The notes below the pieces were generated by a model. It worked only from the letters and a program-made list of their open reading frames with translations, was not told where the DNA came from and did no database searches. A DNA stretch of 24,000 nt, taken from the NCBI GenBank assembly GCA_013114725.1, contig QCWD01000005.1, forward strand, positions 1,672 to 25,671. Direction: 5' to 3'. Position numbers and translations under genes: made by a program. Below are positions 1 through 7,916 of the stretch, one piece after another; position 1 is the first letter of the stretch, and the number at the start of each line of letters is the position of its first letter. This DNA is from Nitrososphaeraceae archaeon (GTDB lineage Archaea; Thermoproteota; Nitrososphaeria; Nitrososphaerales; Nitrososphaeraceae).

Positions 1-146
1 TTGAGTTTTATTATTATTTCGTTATTAATTATACGGGCAATATTTAAGATAAAATATGAATTATCTTTTTGTAATGAGAACAAACTTATCATTTTGTCTA
101 CTTCATATCTATCTTCACATTCAAATACTTGGATCTGTTCATGCAT
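1..146 (-). CDS. hypothetical protein, N-terminal part only (gene runs off the left edge)
   Basis: Hand translation of the minus strand from ATG at 146-144 gives MHEQIQVFECEDRYEVDKMISLFSLQKDNSYFILNIARIINNEIIIKL..., open to position 1. A second in-frame ATG lies at 92-90. The ORF overlaps the trpS stop codon (139-141) by 8 nt, a coupled-gene arrangement. 48 aa is too short for a family call. Confidence 0.35.
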   Translation of the reverse strand, partial: MHEQIQVFECEDRYEVDKMISLFSLQKDNSYFILNIARIINNEIIIKL

Positions 147-1356
147 TTTGAATTGATTCCACCTCATCAGATTTACCGTCCAAAATGAAATCAGATATAA
201 CATTTTTTGCCCTTTCTCTATTTTTTTTAAATTCAATAATAAAATCTTTAGAATTATCTGCAAGATTGTTTTTACATTCTCCACACAAGAGATTTCCAGA
301 AGTACAACGATAAAATCTCTCATTAGATTTTTTTTCCGAATCAAAGAAATATTTTAGATACCAAAAAACAGGACATTTATTTGGATTCCCTCCTAATTCC
401 CTCTGAATTGCAACTGTCGGTTGTCCTCCTGTTAATGACGATTTTATCTTTTTAACTACGACTTCTGGTTCGTCGGTTGTTAAAACTGCATCATCCGGTT
501 TTGAAGAAGACATTTTTGAATTCATTGTCAAACTAGGTAAAAACTTACTATGAATTTGTGCTGGTTTGTAGTATCCTAATTTTTCTGCAACATCCCGTGT
601 AATTCTCCAATATGGGTCCTGATCTATGGCAGCAGGAATAAGTACAGGTGTCGGTTTATTTTCTAAAACAGATGGTAGAAAACAAGGTGATGCTTGTATT
701 GGAGGAAATCCTATCATGCCGATGTTTGTGTTATTTGAAAAACCAAAAGCAGCTTTTGCAGTAGAAAAAGTAATTTTTCTAGAAATATCTAAAGCTATTG
801 GATACAGATGTTTTATATGTATTGTATCTATGATAATTTTTGTAAGCTCTGGCTTAAAACCTACAGCTATTATATCCAAAATATTTTCGTATGTAAATTT
901 TTTTATTTGCCCTCTTGATAAATTAATATTATAGAGAAATTTTTCATCATCTGTAATTTGAAATAATAATTTTACATCAAACTTTTCTTGTAAATATTTT
1001 GTAAAAATCCATGGAAGTATGTGACCAAGATGAACCATGCCAGAGGGACCTCTACCAGTATAAAGATAAAATTTTTCGCCATGTTGATATTTGTCAAAAA
1101 TCCATCCTAGGTCTCGATGGGAGAAAAAATACCTCTGTTTTAGCAAAGGATGAATTTCTCCAGTTATTTCTTGAATTCTACTGATTAAAAGATCATCTAT
1201 GCTCTGAGTTCCAAATTTTTTAATTAATTTTATGTAAAGATTATCATCGTCTAAACCGCCAGAAACCTCCCAAGGAGTAATCGTAAAATTCATATCGTCC
1301 TCCCTGTTGATTTCATTCTGATCGATATCCATGATTTGTTGTTCATTCCTATTCAT
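139..1356 (-). CDS. trpS: tryptophanyl-tRNA synthetase, archaeal/eukaryal type
   Basis: 405-aa ORF. The N-terminal ITPWEVSG...YIKLIKKFG block matches the eukaryal/archaeal TrpRS signature (human VDPWTV...DYDKLIVRFG). Class I HIGH-type motif GRGPSGMVHLGH, AIDQDPYWR block and KMSSS loop are present. The C-terminal domain carries four Cys. Alternative starts at Met9 or Met22 are possible. Confidence 0.95.
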   Translation of the reverse strand: MNRNEQQIMDIDQNEINREDDMNFTITPWEVSGGLDDDNLYIKLIKKFGTQSIDDLLISRIQEITGEIHPLLKQRYFFSHRDLGWIFDKYQHGEKFYLYTGRGPSGMVHLGHILPWIFTKYLQEKFDVKLLFQITDDEKFLYNINLSRGQIKKFTYENILDIIAVGFKPELTKIIIDTIHIKHLYPIALDISRKITFSTAKAAFGFSNNTNIGMIGFPPIQASPCFLPSVLENKPTPVLIPAAIDQDPYWRITRDVAEKLGYYKPAQIHSKFLPSLTMNSKMSSSKPDDAVLTTDEPEVVVKKIKSSLTGGQPTVAIQRELGGNPNKCPVFWYLKYFFDSEKKSNERFYRCTSGNLLCGECKNNLADNSKDFIIEFKKNRERAKNVISDFILDGKSDEVESIQNA

Positions 1357-1576
1357 CTAGAAAATATAAAATAAATGTTTGAATTGGCTAGTTTTGGCTA
1401 ACTAAAATGCATTAAACATAATAGAAATTAGCTAGTTTATCCGTTTATCATATAGATAACTGTTTGTTTATTGACTATCTCATGTTGGCTTTTATAATGA
1501 TCCCTCCATTGCATTAAGGAAATATAATTACATTCTTTAAACATTTAAAAAATGTTGGTATATACAAATCAATATT

Positions 1577-3067
1577 ATGGTTGATTCAGAAGTAACTCTT
1601 AACAACATTGAAGTTACAATTTTAAAAAATCTTGATATTACTACTCCTGTAGGATTTGATGAACTAATAAAATCAACATCTCTTGGTTTGGACCAGATTC
1701 GTAGAGGAGTTGAATGGTTAAAATATAAAGAATTGATAGTGGTGGATGATAAAACTGAATTTTTTTATGAATTAGATTCCAATGGAATCTATTCGTTATA
1801 TAACGGATTGCCTGAAAGACGATTGATTAATTCAATATTAGATGGTAAAAAAAATATTTCTGAAGTATTATCTGACAAAAAAATTGGCCCATCAGAAATC
1901 AATATTGCTATTGCAAAAGCAAAATTAAACGGATGGATTAAATTGGAAACAAATGGGCAGTTTGAAATAATTCATCATAATAAAAGCATCCAAAGTGATG
2001 AAGAGATTTTAATTAATAAAATCAATAAATATAAAATCCCAAAAAATGAATTGTCTAATTTAGATTTAATCACATTAAAAAAATTATTAAAAAGACCAAA
2101 ATTTATTAAAGAAGTTGAGGAAAAAATCTTTTTCTACACAATTTCAGAAAAGGGATTAGATTTATTAAAAGAAAATGAAGATATACCAAAAGAATCAAAA
2201 CTCACTGTAGAATTACTTTCTACTGGCAACTGGAAAAATGTTTCGTTTTCAAAATTAGACGTCCAAGCTCCAGTTCCTATCTCCTATCCTGGAAAGAAAC
2301 ATCCATTGACTGATCTGATAGATGAGATACGTCATGCATTTATCAGTCTTGGATTTACAGAAATCGAAGGAGATTTAGTGCAATCATCTTTTTGGAATTT
2401 TGATGCATTGTTCACACCACAAGACCATGCTGCTAGAGAAATGCAAGATACTTTCTATATCCAAAATTTAGTTGAAACTGAAAATCCTGATTCAACACTC
2501 ATCCAAAATGTTTCCCAATCTCATAAATTAGGATGGAACTATGAATGGAAAATTGAAGATTCAAGAAGATCGGTATTGAGGACTCATACTACTCCAGTGA
2601 CGTTAAAGTATCTTTCTGACGTTAAACCTGATGAAGCCAAAATTTTTACCATTGGTAGAGTATTTCGTAACGAGAAAGTATCATATAAACACTTAGTAGA
2701 GTTTAATCAAATTGAGGGAATTGTTACTGGAAAGGATGTGACCTTACGTGATCTAATGGGGATACAAAAAGAATTTTACTCTAAGTTGGGAATTAAAAAA
2801 ATAATGTTCTGGCCAACTTTTTTTCCATATACCGAACCTTCACTTCAAACTATGATTTATAATGATAATTTAGAAAAATGGGTCGAATTATTTGGAATGG
2901 GAATTTTCAGGCCAGAAGTTACAAAACCATTAAACATTCCTAATCCAGTTCTAGCTTGGGGAGGAGGGATAGAACGAATTGCCATGTTAAGATATGGATT
3001 AAACGATGTTAGAGATTTATATACAAATGATATGAATTGGCTAAGGAATTTAACAAAATGCCTGTAG
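1577..3067 (+). CDS. pheS: phenylalanyl-tRNA synthetase alpha subunit (archaeal type with N-terminal winged-helix repeats)
   Basis: 496-aa ORF with class II motifs: RTHTTPV, GRVFRNE (motif 2 region), and GGGIERIAMLRYG (motif 3). It is immediately followed by, and overlaps, the beta subunit gene. Confidence 0.95.
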   Translation: MVDSEVTLNNIEVTILKNLDITTPVGFDELIKSTSLGLDQIRRGVEWLKYKELIVVDDKTEFFYELDSNGIYSLYNGLPERRLINSILDGKKNISEVLSDKKIGPSEINIAIAKAKLNGWIKLETNGQFEIIHHNKSIQSDEEILINKINKYKIPKNELSNLDLITLKKLLKRPKFIKEVEEKIFFYTISEKGLDLLKENEDIPKESKLTVELLSTGNWKNVSFSKLDVQAPVPISYPGKKHPLTDLIDEIRHAFISLGFTEIEGDLVQSSFWNFDALFTPQDHAAREMQDTFYIQNLVETENPDSTLIQNVSQSHKLGWNYEWKIEDSRRSVLRTHTTPVTLKYLSDVKPDEAKIFTIGRVFRNEKVSYKHLVEFNQIEGIVTGKDVTLRDLMGIQKEFYSKLGIKKIMFWPTFFPYTEPSLQTMIYNDNLEKWVELFGMGIFRPEVTKPLNIPNPVLAWGGGIERIAMLRYGLNDVRDLYTNDMNWLRNLTKCL

Positions 3068-4725
3068 TAAATATTTCTAAATCCCATTTCAAAGAGTTAC
3101 TTGAAGGTTATTCTATAGAACAAATAATCGACATTTTACCATATATATCACTAGACATAGAAGGAGAGGATGACAGAGAAATTCGCATCGAATATAATCC
3201 CAACAGACCAGATTTTGCAAACGAATTCGGAATAATAAGGGCTCTTAACGGTATTTTAAATATTCAAAAAGGAATTCCAAAATTTGAGACTATTGAAAAT
3301 GGAGATAGAACCATGTCGATTATAATTGATTCTTCTGTTATTCCAATCAGACCTGTTATTCTGGGTATTTGTGCCTATGGAAAATGGGATATTACTTTAG
3401 AATTAGCTAAACAAATAATTTCCACTCAAGAAGATCTCCATAACGGAATCGGACGTGGACGCAACAAAGCATCTATTGGCATACATGATCTTGATAAATT
3501 AAAATTTCCTATCTATTATACAACTCTTGATAGTAAAGAAAAATTCATTCCACTTGATGAGAAATTATTATTTAGATTTGATCAAGTTCTGGAAAAACTC
3601 GAGGTAGGAAAGAAATACAGGCATATTTTAAAATCTGATCACATAAAAAATTTCAGATGTCCTGTTTTGATCGACAGTTTGGAAAGAATAATTTCATTTC
3701 CTCCTATTATAAACAGTGATTTTAGCAAAATTGAAAAAACTACAAGAAATTTGTTTGTGGAGATAACTGCATCAAACCAAGATACTGCAATCAATATGTT
3801 ATCAATAATGGCTTATTTTCTTTTTGATGCAGGATTTTCTATAAAACCCATTTTTATCCATGACCAAAACAATATTTTTTCATCCACTTCTGTTATCCAA
3901 AACTTTACTCTCAAATTGAATTTAAGCTCCGTAAACAAAATTTTGGGGCTGAACCTAAATGTTAAACAAATAGAAGAATGCTTAAACAAAAGCAGAATCG
4001 GAACTAAAATTCTTGATGATAATACTATCTTGTGTGAAATACCTGCATATCGTGTAGACATAAAAAACGAGATAGATTTAGTAGAAGAAGTGATCATTGG
4101 TTTTGGAATCTTAAACTTAAAACCAAACATAGCATCTTTTCAATCAGGAAAGTTCCACCCATTTCATATCTATCTAAGTTTTTTCAGAGAACTTTTGATT
4201 GGTTTTGGTTTTCAAGAGGTAGTAAATTTCAACCTAATTAATGAAAATGTACAATACGATCAAATGAACATTATGCATCCAGTAAATATAATCAGGGTGG
4301 AAAAGCCAAAAAGTAGTGGACATGAAATATTGCGAGATTCACTAATTCCTTCTTTGCTAAACAATCTCTCTCATAACGTTCATGAAGAATATCCACAAAA
4401 AATATTTGAAATAGGGAAATCATTTAGACTGGAAGATAAGCGTATAGTTGAAAATTGGAATTTAGGCATAATGGTCTCTCATAAGAATACAGGATATACA
4501 GAATTAAAATCCATTCTTCAATATATAATGAAAATAAAGCAAAACAAACAAATTGTCACAAAATCAGATACAAATTCAATATATATTGATGGTAGATGTG
4601 CTTCTATTATTTTAGATGGATGTGTGATAGGGCATTTAGGTGAGATTCATCCACAAATAATAAACAATTTCTCAATTAGAATCCCAGTTACTGCAATTGA
4701 GATTAACCTATCACTGCTTTTTTAA
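3058..4725 (+). CDS. pheT: phenylalanyl-tRNA synthetase beta subunit (archaeal type)
   Basis: The ORF track opens at 3037 (MAKEFNKMPVV...). I prefer the ATG at 3058 (MPVVNISKSHF...), the usual archaeal PheT N-terminus, which overlaps the pheS stop (3065-3067) by 10 nt. B3/4 and B5 domain-like regions are present (YNPNRPDFANEFGIIRAL, IPAYRVDIKNEIDLVEEV). Position directly after pheS supports the call. Confidence 0.92.
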   Translation: MPVVNISKSHFKELLEGYSIEQIIDILPYISLDIEGEDDREIRIEYNPNRPDFANEFGIIRALNGILNIQKGIPKFETIENGDRTMSIIIDSSVIPIRPVILGICAYGKWDITLELAKQIISTQEDLHNGIGRGRNKASIGIHDLDKLKFPIYYTTLDSKEKFIPLDEKLLFRFDQVLEKLEVGKKYRHILKSDHIKNFRCPVLIDSLERIISFPPIINSDFSKIEKTTRNLFVEITASNQDTAINMLSIMAYFLFDAGFSIKPIFIHDQNNIFSSTSVIQNFTLKLNLSSVNKILGLNLNVKQIEECLNKSRIGTKILDDNTILCEIPAYRVDIKNEIDLVEEVIIGFGILNLKPNIASFQSGKFHPFHIYLSFFRELLIGFGFQEVVNFNLINENVQYDQMNIMHPVNIIRVEKPKSSGHEILRDSLIPSLLNNLSHNVHEEYPQKIFEIGKSFRLEDKRIVENWNLGIMVSHKNTGYTELKSILQYIMKIKQNKQIVTKSDTNSIYIDGRCASIILDGCVIGHLGEIHPQIINNFSIRIPVTAIEINLSLLF

Positions 4726-4903
4726 AAATTTAAAGTACTTTTATATTTGTATTAGTGTTAAAAAAAGTGCCAAAAGCAAAAATATTTTGGTAACCCCGTT
4801 AAGAGAGTGCACTAGGAGAAGTACACTTGAGTGTATGGCTATCAATGAATACGTGTGGGTCAGAGGCGGGGGACAATTATTGATACATATATAAAACTAA
4901 ACA

Positions 4904-5092
4904 CTATTGAGTCAAGTCAGATATGCTATTTTTGATTATGAATTTAGCCTCCCTTGAAATATTATATTTATCCAGGATTCTTTGATCTTTTATAAGACTA
5001 TTTCTAAAATCCGGTTCACTTGCAGCTTTAAGGAGAATTTCGCTTATAACTTCGGCATCCTTTTGTTTGGAAACCAATTTATACAGTATCAA
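4904..5092 (-). CDS. small hypothetical protein with NHLP-like (nitrile hydratase leader peptide-like) helical domain; candidate YcaO-TfuA substrate or partner
   Basis: 62-codon open frame in a stop-rich, AT-rich background. The segment KAASEPDFRNSLIKDQRILDKY aligns position by position with the NHLP core pattern KAWxDPxFKxxLLxNPKxxLxxE. There is no ATG, and the only canonical start is TTG at 5092. It is divergent from ycaO across a 72-nt TATA-rich spacer. No Gly-Gly cleavage motif and no obvious core peptide. Confidence 0.5.
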   Translation of the reverse strand: MILYKLVSKQKDAEVISEILLKAASEPDFRNSLIKDQRILDKYNISREAKFIIKNSISDLTQ

Positions 5093-5164
5093 CGTTTGAT
5101 GTATATAAATTTATTGTATATTTCGTAAACTTGATATGAACAATGAATATCTTTTAAACCTAAA
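5093..5164. promoter_or_regulatory. divergent promoter region between the NHLP-like ORF and ycaO
   Basis: The 72-nt spacer contains TATATAAA (5102-5109, which reads TTTATATA on the minus strand) and GTATATTT (5116-5123, AAATATAC on minus). These are archaeal TATA-like elements, placed about 25-60 nt from the TTG at 5092 and the GTG at 5165. No experimental support. Confidence 0.3.
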
Positions 5165-6475
5165 GTGATACTCAAAAGCAGATTAAAGTGGTCATCCGAA
5201 GGGACATCTAGAACAATACCTGTTGATAAAACTCTTACTAAAATTTCAAAACTTGTCGATAAAATAGGTGTAACAAGATTGGCCGATATTACATATATGG
5301 ATAGATTATTTATTCCAAATTATTCTTCAGTATTGCCTGGTACGGATGACTATATTTGGGTATATAGTGGAAAAGGAGCAACAAAAAAACATGCTAAGGC
5401 AAGTGCTTTGATGGAAAGCATAGAACGTTATTCCTCACTACCTAATTTTTACCTCGGTGATTTTATTCAAGGAAGTCATAAAGATTTATCATCGAAATAT
5501 AAAATACTTCACCCTTACCAAGTAGTCGAGCCATTAAATTTTGATTACAATGATGAAATGATTATGGACTATCTATTAGGCTATGATATACAAAATAAGG
5601 ATGAAATTTTGGTCCCTGCCGCGTTGGCATTATTTAGATATCATCCAAATTCTCCCGCAATAAATCCATTTGCTGTTCACCATACCAATGGTTTGGCATC
5701 TGGAAATGTATTAGAAGAAGCAGTTTGTCATTCTCTCTGTGAAGTTATTGAAAGAGATGCGATTAGTTTGGCACAATTACGTGCTAGTGCAATTCCATAT
5801 CATTTTCTAGTACATATTTCGGAAAACTTGGCAATAAATGGTTATTCCATAAATGGAAACTCAATTAAGGACAGTTTTTTTGACGACAATGCTATTTTTC
5901 CTGACATTGATCTTGATAGCATCGATTTTCTGCCAGCAAATAAATTAATCGATAAATTCCAAACTGAAAATATTTCTTTATTTATCAAGGACATTACCTC
6001 AGACATAGGGATACCGACTTTTATTGCAACCTCCGTAGAATGGATTTCTCATGATTACGGGTATTTGGCAGAAGGACACGGGACCCATCCGGATAAGAGA
6101 ATTGCCTTGCTACGTTCAATTACCGAGGTATCTCAAACGAGAGCAGCTAATATTCAAGGTGCTAGAGACGACCTCAGAAAAATTCGATATAGTGATGGCA
6201 ATAATGAAGATAAAAGATCATGGCAATTTACTCCATCAACAAAAATAATCAATTTCTCGGATATTCCTAGTTATTATCAAGTAGATATTTTGGATGATAT
6301 TAATTTGATATTACAGAATCTCAAACGAAGTGGATTAAATCAAGTTATTGTAGTTAATTTAACAAATCCTAATTTGGACATACCTGTTGTTAGGACAATA
6401 GTTCCCGGACTCGAAACTTTTAAATTTTTAAAATCGGTTATAGGTCCAAGAGCAAAGGCGTATTTTAAAAAATGA
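5165..6475 (+). CDS. ycaO: YcaO-family protein (ATP-dependent peptide backbone amide activation; TfuA-associated type)
   Basis: 436-aa ORF with a GTG start (a stop codon at 5144-5146 closes the frame upstream). It has the two signature YcaO ATP/Mg motifs ALMESIERYSS and SLCEVIERDA, plus HHTNGLASGN. It lacks the C-terminal PxPxP of azoline-forming YcaOs. Its stop overlaps the tfuA start (ATGA at 6472-6475). Confidence 0.93.
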   Translation: MILKSRLKWSSEGTSRTIPVDKTLTKISKLVDKIGVTRLADITYMDRLFIPNYSSVLPGTDDYIWVYSGKGATKKHAKASALMESIERYSSLPNFYLGDFIQGSHKDLSSKYKILHPYQVVEPLNFDYNDEMIMDYLLGYDIQNKDEILVPAALALFRYHPNSPAINPFAVHHTNGLASGNVLEEAVCHSLCEVIERDAISLAQLRASAIPYHFLVHISENLAINGYSINGNSIKDSFFDDNAIFPDIDLDSIDFLPANKLIDKFQTENISLFIKDITSDIGIPTFIATSVEWISHDYGYLAEGHGTHPDKRIALLRSITEVSQTRAANIQGARDDLRKIRYSDGNNEDKRSWQFTPSTKIINFSDIPSYYQVDILDDINLILQNLKRSGLNQVIVVNLTNPNLDIPVVRTIVPGLETFKFLKSVIGPRAKAYFKK

Positions 6476-7140
6476 CTAAACCAATAATTTTTTTAGGACC
6501 AAGTTTAAGTCATAAAAAAGCCAAACAAATTTTAGATGCAGATTATAGATTTCCAGCTAAAAAGGGAGATCTGTTAAACCTATTAACATTAACCAGTACA
6601 GAGAAAATACAAATCGGTTTGGTCGATGCGGTATTCTTACAGGATTATCCTCCAACACCAATTGAGGTTTACCAATTAGTGGCTAGAAGTAATCAATTTC
6701 AAGTTTTCGGTGCTTCGAGCCTAGGTGCATTAAGAGCTGTCGAACTAGAAAAATACGGCATGATAGGAATTGGTAAAATATTTGATTTTTATAAAAGAAA
6801 TATTATAGATGCTGATGATGAAATTGCAGTAACTTTTGACCAATATCAAAATAATCTTATCTCCGAAGCCTTGATTGATATACGATATAATCTTTTTCTT
6901 GCGTATAAACATGGTATAATTAACAAAGAAGTTAAAAGGAATATGATAAAAATTGCTAAAAAGATTTATTTTCCTTATCGAACATATGATAACATTATTA
7001 ATAAAACATTAGAAAAATATCCTTCGTGTTTTGAACAAATAAATTTGTTTAGATCTTTTATCATTCACAATAGAAGGAGTCTCAAAGAAAGAGATGCTAT
7101 TGAACTGTTACGTTATCTTAAAACTTCTATACAAAAATAA
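6472..7140 (+). CDS. tfuA: TfuA-like protein (YcaO partner for thioamidation)
   Basis: 222-aa ORF starting MTKPIIFLGPSLSHKKAKQIL...FPAKKGDLLNLL. This matches the TfuA N-terminal hallmark (xFLGPSL ... P.xxGDL). The 4-nt ATGA overlap with ycaO indicates translational coupling. Confidence 0.9.
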   Translation: MTKPIIFLGPSLSHKKAKQILDADYRFPAKKGDLLNLLTLTSTEKIQIGLVDAVFLQDYPPTPIEVYQLVARSNQFQVFGASSLGALRAVELEKYGMIGIGKIFDFYKRNIIDADDEIAVTFDQYQNNLISEALIDIRYNLFLAYKHGIINKEVKRNMIKIAKKIYFPYRTYDNIINKTLEKYPSCFEQINLFRSFIIHNRRSLKERDAIELLRYLKTSIQK

Positions 7141-7293
7141 ATGAAAGTTTTATCTATATTTCTATTAACATTTAAATCATACTTTATAGGTTACAAATGT
7201 TATTTTACAAAACGGGATTTATATTCTCTATTTCGTACTTGTGAACATTATTTATGAATATAATAATTTTTAAAAACTATTGTTATGAAGTTA

Positions 7294-7320
7294 GGTTTTT
7301 CTTTGTTACCAACAAAAACC
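7294..7320. terminator. candidate bidirectional terminator hairpin with T-tracts in the convergent tfuA / rpl15e spacer
   Basis: GGTTTTTCTTTGTTACCAACAAAAACC has arms GGTTTTT/AAAAACC (7 bp) plus inner TT/AA pairs. It presents a T5 run on both strands. It lies in a 244-nt convergent intergenic region. Archaeal termination typically uses oligo-T. Confidence 0.3.
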
Positions 7321-7384
7321 AATTATATACAAATATTTGAATAAAAAATCTAATTAAAATAAGTAGAAAATTCTATTATTTCCC

Positions 7385-7852
7385 TTATTTTGCAAATGCT
7401 TTAAGCTTACCCCGCATCTCTTTGTCCTTTGATATTGAAGGATGATCTGAATCTGCAAGGATTATTTCATACCATGAATACATACCATCTTTATGTAGAT
7501 AATATGATCCCATTACTTCTAAATTCGGAAATTTTTCTCCCACTCTTCTTTCGGCAACTCGTTTCATACTTGTGGATTGTTTTATATGTACAACACCCAT
7601 ATGTTTTGGTCTCCTCCCTGAAACTGGTCTTTGTTTGCGCATTCCGCCCCTACCTACTCTAGCTCTTACTATAACTATGCCTTGCTTTGCTTTGTACCCT
7701 AATCTTCTTGCTTTGTCTATTCTACTTGGTTTTTTTATTCTATGGATTGCTGGTTCCTTTCTCCAACCCTTTGTCTTTTCCCTTAATTCGTCAGAATTGG
7801 TTTTCCACATCTTTTTCCATGTTTCAGTCATGTGTTGGTACATACCGGTCAA
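7385..7852 (-). CDS. rpl15e: 50S ribosomal protein L15e
   Basis: 155 aa. KPSRIDKARRLGYKAKQGIVIVRARVGRGGMRKQRP and FPNLEVMGSYY match the eL15 family core. It lacks the long basic C-terminal tail seen in e.g. haloarchaeal L15e. Confidence 0.93.
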   Translation of the reverse strand: MTGMYQHMTETWKKMWKTNSDELREKTKGWRKEPAIHRIKKPSRIDKARRLGYKAKQGIVIVRARVGRGGMRKQRPVSGRRPKHMGVVHIKQSTSMKRVAERRVGEKFPNLEVMGSYYLHKDGMYSWYEIILADSDHPSISKDKEMRGKLKAFAK

Positions 7853-7916
7853 TTCTTGCTTTCCTCCTTATTTTTTAATAACAATCGTTTAATATATCAT
7901 ATGTTATATGATCGTA

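Noticed and set aside
1539-1555. Small inverted repeats in the trpS/pheS divergent spacer: AACAT-N7-ATGTT (1539-1555) over the putative pheS TATA region, and TTATC-N5-GATAA further upstream in the same spacer
   Set aside because: Five-bp arms in AT-rich DNA are expected by chance. There is no repetition elsewhere in the window.
3037-3057. Upstream ATG (MAKEFNK...) as the pheT start
   Set aside because: The ATG at 3058 yields the canonical MPVV... PheT N-terminus and a shorter 10-nt overlap with pheS. The extra 7 codons lie wholly inside pheS. I cannot exclude the upstream start without homolog alignment.
4789-4875. Assigning the GC-rich island to a specific RNA class (tRNA, C/D box, H/ACA)
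   Set aside because: No T-loop (GTTCRANYC) appears on either strand. There is no RUGAUGA/CUGA box pair in the right order. The ACA after the closing stem is suggestive, but I could not build an upper stem, pseudouridylation pocket or K-turn. It is kept only as an unclassified candidate RNA.
4697-4894. 65-aa plus-strand ORF from the track (MRLTYHCFFKNLKYFYICISV...)
   Set aside because: It starts inside the pheT 3' end and runs through the intergenic GC-rich island. Its composition is implausible (Cys/Phe/Tyr-rich, then Gly/Arg from the GC island), and it has no start context. The island is better explained as RNA structure.
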